DNA of 63,999 nucleotides, the filler included, from Choristocarpus tenellus KU-1152 (taxonomy: Eukaryota; Protista; Phaeophyceae): the NCBI GenBank assembly GCA_964200185.2. It is 11 parts of 11 records of this genome, joined end to end, with 100 filler letters (N's around TTAATTAATTAA, not from the genome) between each part and the next. Parts side by side here need not be neighbours in the genome. Positions count along the whole stretch, not along the records: positions 10,104 to 14,560 come from CAXNAD020014465.1; positions 14,661 to 17,184 come from CAXNAD020027073.1; positions 17,285 to 19,790 come from CAXNAD020027231.1; positions 19,891 to 31,456 come from CAXNAD020002246.1; 7 more parts are not named here. One strand, 5' to 3'. Every line of letters begins with the position of its first letter. Position 1 is the first letter of the stretch. Both the position numbers and the translations under genes were made by a program. Of this stretch, positions 12,181 through 23,248 are shown in pieces. The notes beneath the pieces were generated by a model that was given only the letters and a program-made list of their open reading frames with translations, had not been told where the DNA came from and did not search any database.

Positions 12181-13895
12181 GTATGTGCTTTGTATTTTAA
12201 ACAATTTGTAAGTACGGACATAATCGGATTAATAACTTCCTAAAAGCGTAATACACCGATTTTCAGGATCGTGGATCTCAGGGCGGTCCCACGGATAGCC
12301 CAGAGCTCAAACAAAGTTCGTTTCGGAACGTTGGAAACGTACAAGATCAACGAAGTATGTGCTTTTTATTTTAAACTATTTGTAAGTACGGATATAATCG
12401 GATTTACAACTTCCTAAGAATGTAATACACGGAGTTCAGGATCATGTATCTCAGGGTGGTCCCACGGATAGCCCAGAGCTCAAACAAAGTTCGTTTCGGA
12501 ACATTGGAAAGGTACAATATCAATGAAGTATGTGCTTTGTATTTAAAAAAAACTGTAGGTACGGATGAAATCGGATTTACAACTTCCTAAAAACGTAATA
12601 CATTGATTTTCAGGATCATGGATCCCAGGGTGGTCCCACGGATAACCCAGAGCTCAAACAAAGTTTGTTCGGAACATTGGAAAGGTACAATATCAATGAA
12701 GTATGTGATTTGTGCTTTTTTTTAATTGTAGGTACGGATATAATCTTACTTACAACTTCCAAAAAGTGTAACGCACGGAGTTTCAGGATCATGGATCTCA
12801 GGGTGGTCCCACCGATTGCCCGAGGCTCAAACAAAGTTGGTTATTGTACAATGGAAATGTACAATATGAATAAAGTATGTGATTTGTATTTTAAAAATTT
12901 GTAAGTACGGATATAATCTGATTTACAGCTTCCAAAAAGTGTAACGCACGGATTTTCAGGATCATGGATCTCAGGGTGGTCCCACCGATCACCCGAGGCT
13001 CAAACAAAGCTGGTTTCGGAACACTGCAAATGTACAATATCAATTAAGTATGTAATTGGTATCTTGAAAAATACAAATCACGGATATAATTGTATTTTTT
13101 AAAAATAGAAATCACGGATGTAATCTGATTTAAGTGAAAGTATCTTAGAGGGTATGAGTTTTTGCCTGTTTGTTCATTTGGGACTTGGCTTCCTACGGTC
13201 TTTCAATGACCTTTTACCTACTCCGAAATGTTTTGAAGGAGGTAAAATGCGTACGTTATTAAAAGGTATGTCCAGAACAAGAATATTGTCATCTTCTAAC
13301 AAACATGATAGTCAAAATTACATAAATATTGCAACATTGGATTTCGGCCCCCAAATGGACGCGCCTCTACCCTCTAAGATACTTTGACTCATTTACAACT
13401 TCCAAAAAGTGTAACGCACGGATTTTCAGGATCATGGATCTCAGGGTGGTTCCACCAATCGCCCGAGGCCCTAACAAAGTTGGTTTCGGAACATTGGAAA
13501 TGTACCACATCAATTAAGTATGTGATTGGTATCTTGAAAAATAGAAATCACGGATATAATTGTATTTTTTTAAATAGAAATCACGGATATAATCTGATTT
13601 ATAACTTCCGAAAAGTGTAACGCACGGATTTTCAGGATCATGGATCTCAGGGTGGTCCCACCGATCGCCCGAGGATCAAACAAAGTTGGTTTCGGAACAT
13701 TGGAAATGTACAATATCAATTAAGTATGTAATTGGTATCTTGAAAAATACAAATCACGGATATAATTGTATTTTTTTTAAATAGAAATCACGGATAAGAT
13801 CTGATTTACAACTTCTGAAAAGTGTAACGCACGGATTTTCAGGATCATAGATCTCAGGGTGGTCCCACCGATCGCTCGAGGCTCAAACAAAGTTT
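12181..13895. repeat. Tandem repeat array, ~8 units (173-174 bp changing to 206-207 bp), interrupted by a MITE
   Basis: CAGGATC anchor at 12264, 12437, 12611, 12784, 12957, 13427, 13633 and 13840. The longer units carry a ~33-bp internal duplication of AAATCACGGATATAAT... Confidence 0.95.
13132..13390 (+). mobile_element. Long MITE, family B, inserted in the tandem array
   Basis: Interrupts the repeat at AATCTGATTT/ACAAC with an ATTT duplication; the anchor spacing of 470 equals 207 + 259 + 4. Confidence 0.92.
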
Positions 13896-13968
13896 GTACG
13901 CTCGTCTTCGAATCTAATAACTCCTAGACCTTCTCACTGCCCAAGACCGCCTGTTGCCCGAAAACACC

Positions 13969-14444
13969 ATGACAGTTGCTCCCACAGCAAGGGGGTGGCT
14001 TGTGTCGCCTATGTCTCCCCCCGTGTTGCCCCCTCACCAGCCCGCCAACAATGATGCGCTGGAGCTTCCTACCAATGACGCTTCAGGGACTGGCGCCAAG
14101 CTTCGCCAAGGATGGGCTGAACCCATCCCGGTTAACGAACAGGATGACTGCTGTAAGCGCTTAGCATGTGTCAAGAAGTTCGCGGCAGATGGTGAGTCCT
14201 TCCTTGCACGCACCTTGGCCAAAGAGCAGGACATCATCCGGACGTGTGACAACCGCCGCGATCGCAAGCACTTCGTTGGCGACCGTGTACCTGTGATTAA
14301 GTTGGGACATGGAGGTGGACCTATGCTCGCAGCTGGCATTCCCGTCTGTATGCAGTTTTTCAAGGCGTCGTTCGGGATATCCAATCATGTCATCGACGCT
14401 TGCAAAGGCACACCTAACGCAAGAGCATCCACCGACGTGGAGAG
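13969..14444 (+). CDS. First exon of a putative Sola-like DNA transposase (Cys-rich N-terminal region), truncated by contig end
   Basis: ATG in a CACCATG context, open frame with CCKRLACVKKF...IPVCMQFFKASFGIS, GT donor at 14445. The C-C-x4-C...VCxxFxxxxGIS pattern is recalled from Sola-type transposases; no catalytic domain is visible. Confidence 0.45.
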
Positions 14445-14710
14445 GTGGGTTTGATGTATGTACACAGTGTTACTTGTACCCGGTATATTTTCCCCCCTGC
14501 TTGATGCTTGAACAGTAGTCCTATCTGAGAACTACGTGATCCAGCCATACTCACCCGTTTNNNNNNNNNNNNNNNNNNNNNNNNNNNNNNNNNNNNNNNN
14601 NNNNTTAATTAATTAANNNNNNNNNNNNNNNNNNNNNNNNNNNNNNNNNNNNNNNNNNNNCACCACCCAACCAGTCCACACAAGTAGGAAACAAACCCCC
14701 CAATTTTTAA

Positions 14711-14743
<33 letters not shown>

Positions 14744-17352
14744 ATCTAAAAAATCGTCCTTTTCCCCTCATATACTGCTGCAGCGGATGTTGACCACTTT
14801 GCTCCTCTGCCTCCTACATGGATTGCTGCATATGGGCCACAACTAGCTGAGGCAATTCAAGGTAGTACTTGGCTTGTTCTATGGTCACTGCACCATCCAA
14901 CTGAAATTCAGACTTTGACCATGAGTGTCTAATAATTGCCAACACACAGGATGCTGCAGCTCTGGAAGCAATTGTGTTTACTTCAAAGTACAATTTTGGG
15001 CATGGAGGAGATGGTGTGTCTCAGGGCATGAGCTCACTTCTTGATACCGCTTTACACATATGTACACAAGAGAGAGCGTGATGAGCATGCACACCACAAG
15101 CAGCTTCACATCCAAGGGATTCCATGCCTCTGGCCAGGTCGGGGGTACAATTTAGGGGCATAGGAGAGGGAGAGGTATGGTTGAGGGAAGGACAAGGAAA
15201 GGAATAAGTTGCTGGGGGCGGTGAGGTGAGGGGACAGGGAAGTTGTCATGAGAGCTCAATGTAAGCAGTGATAGGGACAAGGAAACGCCAGAGAGTACAA
15301 GATGCGAGGAACCTGATTGCTTAAGCATGATGACAGGATGGGTCCAACTTTGCGGTAGAGGTGTGCTGTGTAGAGGATGACAAAACATTCAAACAAAATT
15401 GCTGCCACTGCGATCTACATTCAATAGTAAGAGGCGAAAAGAGGGCTCAACAGTAGCCCCCCAAGAGACACACATGAGCAAAAGAGTCTTAAACCAATAA
15501 CCGTAAATAATCTTGAAGAATGACCAGGGACCCAAACGGTGACAGAGTGAGAGAATAACAAAATTTCATCCTAGGGTTAAAAGGGCAAGGGTTCAAGAAA
15601 GGGTCGGGAACAGATGGTGTCATTTCTCATGCCCATTGCGCTTCCCAAACCCTGCCAAGGCCAGCGACACCAGGACAGCAAGATAGAATTTGACCAGCAC
15701 AATATTCGCAATGTGGAGTGTCATTTGTACACCTTCAGGACCAAGGTGACAGGGGATATAGGAATCGGTCCTAAATCTTACTCCAGAGTGCACCTTCCCT
15801 TCAAGCTGACGTTAGCCCTTGACTCTAAAGCCACCTCCCTACCTTCCCACAGCTGGAAACATATCACACCCACGAAACCCCAGACCATCAACCCGCCAGC
15901 TCGCTTGCACCACAGCACCAACGTCTCTGCTCCACGTCTTCCCTCCTGCTGCCAGTTCGAGGGAATGATCCAAGTTTGAGAGACACCGGGTTGTGTAATA
16001 GGGGTACTTCAAGGATTGGGTATGGCTCACACAACTACAAGGAAGATACCCATTCTAGACTTAGGTATCATCCCGTAGGGAGAAACGGCAACACTTTGAT
16101 CCGTGCAGATTACAAAAGATAGAACATGGTTCTCTACGGGTCTGTGTATGGAAAGTCAAGAGAAAAACTGCCTAGTAAGCAGTGGAAATGCGCAGTATGA
16201 AATAGAGAAGGATCAGATCAATTGATTTTCCCTTTAATAATAAGAGGAATGTATCTTCGCTCACATAACCGACGTCTCAACCTTTAACCTCCAAGGACCC
16301 AATAGCCATCTCCACTCCCTTTCGTCTACCATCGGATTCATCCATCTCATTCTCTTGAGCACGAGCACATCCCTCTGCAAATGTGTCAATAAGCCCTAAG
16401 AATTGGGAGAGAGGGAGAATAATAGCGCTATACACCCACCTCTTGCGCTCTCAACTCTCCCCATCTTGGTCCCTCATGTTGTTCTTGAACTTGGATTGAA
16501 TTCAATCCTTCGTCTACTGTAGGTAGCGGTGTGTGCGTCCCAGTCGCGGCCGCGCCCGACATGAAGCTGAGCGAAAAAATCTCCTTACGAGTGCGCTGTT
16601 GATTCAATTGGCCTGCTTTCCTTGACCTCAATTGTAGATTCCTACTGGTGTATAAATCAGACACAACAGACAAAAGTTGTGTGAAGTTGTTTGCTTCATC
16701 CTTGGTTGCTCGAACACTGTAACTCAACTTCGGTAATACAAAAATACGCTAATTTATGTGCATTATATTTTATTATTTCTACTACTCTGTTTTACGATTT
16801 ATACTGGTACTATATATTTGTAGTATTTGTAGTATCGTATTATTGTAAGATATACTCCAGATCTCCACTCTACCGTATTTTGTAATTTGGATTTTGAGGA
16901 TTTGGGGGATTTTTGTCTTGTCGTACATGTAAATTGGAGAAGATAGGAAAAATATTGGTGTGAATCACAACAGTTTTATCTGTACCAGTTCGATTGACTA
17001 AAAAAGAAAAAATAGATGTGTCGAATAAAGGAGATGAAGTGGCAAGTGGCACTGTCTAGATGTGTCATGCGCTTTAAACTAGAGTCATCAGGGAGATAGA
17101 TGGGCACGGAGGATTTTGTTGGATTCTTGGGATGCCTCCCTAGCTCCCCCCCCAGGGGCGCAGGAGTTGGTAGATAGGAAGCACNNNNNNNNNNNNNNNN
17201 NNNNNNNNNNNNNNNNNNNNNNNNNNNNTTAATTAATTAANNNNNNNNNNNNNNNNNNNNNNNNNNNNNNNNNNNNNNNNNNNNGGAGGGGGGGGGAGGG
17301 GGGGGGGGGGGGGGTGGGGAGGCGGGGGTGGTCGTGTCGTCTTTTGTTTGGT

Positions 17353-17394
<42 letters not shown>

Positions 17395-19908
17395 GAGGGA
17401 TTGTTGCATCTTTTTGGGGTGTCTTTTTGAGTGTATTTTTTTGTCTGTGTATGTCAATGTGCTTTTTTGTCTGTGCTCAACTCTCTTTGTTTAGCTAGGA
17501 AAGCTCAGGGTCAGGTTGGAAGCAGTGCAGCGAGCAGGGACTACTTGAACAATATCTGTAGTGGTTATCCTTCGCGTGGATTGGCTTGCTCTTCTTCCCC
17601 CCCTGTTGCTCGTCCCCCTCTGCCTGCCCTCACAGTTGTGTATGACTGGGTGGGGAAGTATATCAGTGAGTGCAGGAGGAAAAAAGGCAAGCCTAGGAGG
17701 AAGGGGAAGTAGTCATCAATTGTCGAATATGAAATCTTTGGGTTTCCTAGACTGTGAGGACAGGCGTGCGGCGCGGGATTTGCGTTTTCCAAGAAGCGCA
17801 CAGACCTTTCTTTTTTGTATTGTGTCAGCTCCACAGTCACCTGTTAGCCTGCTCCCTTAACCCTTAGTATCTGAGGAGTTGCAATAGTTCAGTTTGCATG
17901 CTTGGAAGCATTGGTGGGCAGAGTTCAGTGTCGCTGTGACTCCATTGAGCCATACGTGCTCAGGGGGAGGGAGGACCCTGCAGCTTCTTGCCGTCCTGCC
18001 GCGGTGGTGCTAAAGTGCCTTTACTTATTGTAGTTGTGCGGTCTTTGATGTCCTGTCAATCAGTAATAGTGTCGAACGTGATGTGGTTCGCAGCCGTTTT
18101 GCAAATGTCCTTCGGCTATATGTGAAAAGTCTTTGTAGGTTTTGTGTGTCTTTTGAGGTTGGACAGTTTTATTTTCTGCGCCTGTTTTGTTCTTGTGGTG
18201 GTGGTGTGGTTCTTGAGGTTTTGTAGCGTGTTTGGCTGGCAGTACTTGCAAAACGACGGGTCCCATGCAAGCAGCTATTCCGTTTTTGTTTGATGGTGAT
18301 GGTGTTGTTCTTGACTGATCCAGCCGTATGTTCCGTATGCTGTATTTCTTGTGGTGGTGGTGGTGGTGGTGTTTGTTACAAAAGATGGATGGATTGTATT
18401 TGCCGTGTGTGCTGGTTCTCGCTCCGGCATGCATGCATGGAGAGGGCAATAAATTGGACAAGAGGAAGTTACATGCATTCACTTCAATGTGCTGCAGCAC
18501 AGTATCATGAGGACACAGTAGTAGGCAGTGGGCGGTTTTGTCCATAGGACTTAACCTACTCCCTCTGTGCGTGCACGTGGTCTTACCGCCGCACTCAACC
18601 CCTTTCCCATTGGTTAAGCACCACGGAACGTGCTACAGACTCACATGGAAACTGGAAGCTCACAACATGTACTAGGTCGGAGAAGAAGGTATGAGGAGTA
18701 CCTTTTTTTACATCATTGAAACCACCACGAAGATGTAGCGCATTTGCCGATGACGGATTGGATTGATGACGTGCCCAACTCAAACCACAAGCTCTCAATA
18801 ATTGAGAGGAACAATAAGGGACGGGATCGTGATAGTGTTATTGGAGCCTACTGACTGATTCTTGAGGCATAGATACACAGGATGCAGACAAATGGTACAG
18901 TTGTTGTACTGATAGCAGGATACAGCATATATTATATGGACTCCGAGTACGACTGATCGTGCCATCATCAATTACGACACGTTGGTAGCATGTTTGCATT
19001 TATTCGTATCTTCGTCTTCTAAGAACAAGATAGATTTGCCCACCACCCACGCGCAACACTACCACCACAATCTCACAATGTAACTTGAAAATTGTTAGCC
19101 TAAATGATCTATCCCATAGATCGAAAGGAGATAGTTGTGCCTCGAGCGAATATGAATACTATCCTTACGTATCAACAACATTGTATTTTGTTTGGAGTGC
19201 ACTCTAGGACACTCGAACTTGAGGCTCAATAAAAGGTACATGCCACCTGTGTCCGTAGTGACAGCAAGTTTCCGTTTCAGTTCCTCTCAATGATATCAAA
19301 TAGTTGGAAGCAAAAGACAAATATTGACACGGTTACTGAATAGAAGCGTTCTCATTGGCTGCTCGCTGACTTACCCAAACATTTCCCACCCCCGCCTTGT
19401 CAGAAATGAGTAAATTGGTGGAACAGTATATGATGCTATGAATGTTCCCTGAATGGTACATGTCAATATATAACACCAATTTAACCGAAAGTTATCATTT
19501 CAAAACAGAACAGTAGCAGTAAACAGCCTCTCAACAAAATTGAGGATGGAGCATGCTATGGAGGATGATTTTGACCCAAAATGGTACGCGGAAAGTGCCT
19601 ATATGTTTTTTTCTGTAAATGTTGCGGCACTTTTTAAGGGCACCTTTTTGAATGGGATATTATATATTTTGTTCAAAAATATTTTTGTGCTTGTGGAGGG
19701 CACCGCTACGATTTGGAAGCGACCTCGACCAAGCCAAAGGTACAAGGATAGACGGGCCCCAAGGGGGGGAGCCGGCAACGGTTTTGGAGANNNNNNNNNN
19801 NNNNNNNNNNNNNNNNNNNNNNNNNNNNNNNNNNTTAATTAATTAANNNNNNNNNNNNNNNNNNNNNNNNNNNNNNNNNNNNNNNNNNNNAGGGGGGAAA
19901 GGGGGCAC

Positions 19909-20926
19909 CTGATGACGGCAAAACGAAGTTCTACCCCAACAACAATATCCTCTCCTTCCCCATGCCACTTCTCCTTCATGAGGTCATATTCATAGCCACT
20001 TGGCAGCTCCTCTGCAGCCACAGAAGCATTGAAGATACCACAGACGAGCATACCCACATGGGTGCTTGTCACCTTGAAACGCAAAGGATGCAATAATAAG
20101 AGGGTGTTGAGCTCAAGAGAAGTGCTAGCGTGTGAGGTTATTTGCAGAAGCATTAGGAGGGAGGGGGCATGCTCACTGTCCTATTGTAGAACAGTGGGTA
20201 ACTGGCCACTGGTAACTGGCAACATGACCACAACTGAACCAAGTAATCTGATACATACTCAAATTCTCGAAACTACAGGGTGACAACTGAAAAAGCGTAC
20301 CTTTTGCTTCAAAGAACAATCGAGCAGGACCCCGAACAGAGTCGGCAGGAAAAGAGCTGGGCAATGACCGACGGTACTCTTTCAATCCAACTGGTGATGG
20401 GGGAGGGAGGGACTGATCACCTTGTTCACTCTGCCCACAAGCACGTTTCCTGGTTGAGGTCGAAAGACCTGCGCCTTGGCCATGATATCGAAGTGGATGT
20501 GGGGCATTTCATCCATAATGAGGCCATCCTCTCGCCCGGGTGCAAACTTTATATCAGAGACAGCCATGACAACTCCGCCAACAACTCTGTTGTACTTCAT
20601 CAAGAATTTGTATATATTGGTCCGGATCCCCTCATATATTCTGCCCATATCGCTCGGCAGCAAGCTTACGCAGACCTTGAGCTTGAAAGAAGAGCAGTTG
20701 GCGAGATAGGACACGGCGCAAACAATACAACAAAGGTGAATAAACATTGATCGATTAAGTGGTCCTTGCCATCAAGTGCATCTAGATCATCTGGGCTCAC
20801 CTCTACCTCTTCGAAGGGAGACGTCAGCTGCACTGCACCCTCGGTCTGTGCAGCTTTCCCTGGCACTTGGTTAGCAGCCGCATTGATAGAACGCTTCCGC
20901 TTCTTTCCCCGTTCAGCCTCTGACAT
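19909..20926 (-). CDS. RPA43: RNA polymerase I subunit RPA43 (3' partial)
   Basis: Exons 20801-20926, 20421-20681, 19909-20072. Rpb7/RPA43-type motifs: VSLLPSD...LMKYNRVVGGVVMAVSDI...IMDEMPHIHFDI...VFRPQPGNVLVGRVNKVTSTHVGMLVCGIFNASV. Confidence 0.85.
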
Positions 20927-21443
20927 CCTTCCCCAATGCAAGCCCTACTATACCTCGTCCGTTCTTCCACCCCTTCACCGCCGCTCCTCTATAGCTCCGC
21001 CCAAGTTCACTTCGCAACCTAATCAAAATAAGAGACTTCCAAGCAGCTTGAGAGGCCAGCGGGAAAGAGGTAAGGCCTTCCCTTTAACAAAAAGTACAGG
21101 GTAGGTTGATGAGGATTCGTGTTTCCGGCCGTATCTGGTGAGTCGAGTTTCAGCCTACTCGTGATCTCTCCGTAAGAATCCTTTTAAGTGAAAGGTGGTA
21201 CGGCCGTTCTCTTCTTGTTTGTGAGAAGTGGGTACTCTGGGTGTGGATTGGATGTTGGTGATAGACTCCACAACACTAAACTACCCTCCAAAAGTTCCCA
21301 ACAACCAATGCAATCAAAAAAATATATGGTGGACAACACCTTACTATTTGCAACAAAAAAGACTGGACATCAATCACACCAACTAGTACAATATTGACCA
21401 ATTACGATAGTGGTGTGCCACCCGCATTGCTTAGGAAAGAGGT

Positions 21444-22316
21444 ATGGCATCCGCAGCGGTGGCCACGGTCTCGGCAAGTGCAGGTGACACCCTTAACCAG
21501 GCGTGGAAAAATGATAAGTCTAAGTTTGGGTTCAGGATGCTGGAGAAAATGGGATGGAAGGAGGGGAAGGGTCTGGGCAAGAACGAGGATGGAATGGCCA
21601 CGCATGTCAAGGTCGCTAAAAAGTCAAATAACCTTGGCCTTGGAGCCAAACGGGACAGTGCAGGGGACGCGGGTTGGGAAAGCACTTCTCTCAGTTTCAA
21701 TAGTGTTCTCGAGGCTCTAGGCAAGGCCTACGGAAACGCTCCCACCAAAAAGAAGAAAGCAAGCCGAAAGAAGGAAAAGCGAAACAAGGAGAAGGTGGAA
21801 GCAGTTTCCGTTGCCAAGGATAGCTCTGCTGCGGTGTCCACGAGTGGTTGCCCATCCCGTGCAAAACGCATTCGCTCAAAGGACGTGAGGAGCTTTAGCA
21901 AGACTGATCTGCGGGCTATTCTAGGGCACAGTGCACCCTCGTTGCCTTCGAACCCTCTCTTCGTAGAACCACCAGCGCAAATAGAAAGTGCGAAGGATTC
22001 TAGACGGAGAGATTATCGTGGAACAAGCAAGAAGAGACGAAGGAGCAGTGAGGAGGGGACTTCAGCGTCGGAAGGAGGTGTACAGGATAGCAACCCTGAG
22101 TTGGAGCGGGGTGGGAAGGAGAAAAATCGAAAGGAGAGGAAGAAGCGATCGCGAAAGGAGAAGCGAGTGGAAGAAAGGTCCGAGGTAGACCCGGAGTCAG
22201 AACCTAGTGCCTGTTCGGCAACAAATGAAAAACATGTAGATGATATTGATTCGAAAGGCGAGGAAGTACAGAAGAAGAAGAAGAAGTCCAAAGAGGGTAA
22301 GAAGGAGCCTACATGA
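21444..22316 (+). CDS. PINX1: G-patch domain protein, PINX1/Gno1-like (290 aa, single exon)
   Basis: WKNDKSKFGFRMLEKMGWKEGKGLGKNEDGMATHVKVAKKSNNLGLGA...W...FNSVLEAL, followed by a Lys/Glu-rich nucleolar-type tail. Confidence 0.85.
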   Translation: MASAAVATVSASAGDTLNQAWKNDKSKFGFRMLEKMGWKEGKGLGKNEDGMATHVKVAKKSNNLGLGAKRDSAGDAGWESTSLSFNSVLEALGKAYGNAPTKKKKASRKKEKRNKEKVEAVSVAKDSSAAVSTSGCPSRAKRIRSKDVRSFSKTDLRAILGHSAPSLPSNPLFVEPPAQIESAKDSRRRDYRGTSKKRRRSSEEGTSASEGGVQDSNPELERGGKEKNRKERKKRSRKEKRVEERSEVDPESEPSACSATNEKHVDDIDSKGEEVQKKKKKSKEGKKEPT

Positions 22317-22989
22317 TATCTAGAGGCTGCCTGAGGGGGGTCCTGCTAGGAATAGCTCTAAGTAAGAGTGCTTGCCATTGCCTCTCATTCTTTTTTTTGC
22401 TCTGCTTTTAGTTTTTGGTGCGTCCTATCCTCTGAACACTGTCTTCAGGTGTTACGTGATTTCAATGGAAGGTCACCTCTGAGGTCACTGAGATTCCCTG
22501 GTATTTTTGGAGTGATGTTGCAAAGATGAGATAATTAACTACACTTTCAAGGACAACTAGTACACACTTTTTAGACTGTTGCACCTCTGTTGTGGTGAAG
22601 ACAGGTTAGTAGGGTGGAGGCATGTATTTTTTCGAGATCATGCAGTAGTACTGTTAAGTGGCAACCCTATCTCATCATAAAATCATTCCGAGAAACTATT
22701 GAGAAATAATCCATTGCATTTGTTCATCCTTTTTCACATCCAAGGGTCACCCATAAAACACTGAACAACCATTTGGGGTTCTTCAATATTTTCTTCCTAC
22801 ATATTTATATCACTAAATGCTCCCATGGATGACGGTCCATTGAATGACTAAAACCTACACATGCTACCATTCTAACGGACACATGGATATAATCCAGGAT
22901 TCCCATCTTGCTGTCACTTTTGTGTCCCCTGATGCTGCCGAGAGTGTGATTACACAGGCACGACAATGCCTACTATACAGATTTGCAGC

Positions 22990-23248
22990 GATTGAAAGTA
23001 TTTTAGAGGGTACGAGTTTTGCCCTGTTTGTCCTTTTAAACCTTGACTTCCCCTGGTGTATTTTATGACATTTTCCCACTCCAAAACGTTTCGCAGTAGG
23101 TAAAATGTGTAAGTCCTGAAAAGGTGTGTCCGGAACATTGATTTTGACACTTCCTAACAAACATGATACCCCAAATTACATCAAAATCACAACATTGACG
23201 TTGGGCCCCCAAGTGGACGCGGTTCTACCCTCTGAGATACTTTGGCTC
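22990..23248 (+). mobile_element. Long MITE, family B
   Basis: GATTGAAAGTATTTTAGAGGGTAC...TACCCTCTGAGATACTTTGGCTC; AGC(G) duplicated on the flanks. Confidence 0.88.

Noticed and set aside
12181-13895. Array as a CRISPR locus
   Set aside because: Whole units are homologous with no unique spacers, units are 173-207 bp, and there are no cas genes.
14661-19790. ORFs on two small contigs, including poly-Pro, poly-His and poly-Trp translations
   Set aside because: They derive from G/C homopolymers and (GGT)n microsatellites; no recognisable domain or consistent splicing.
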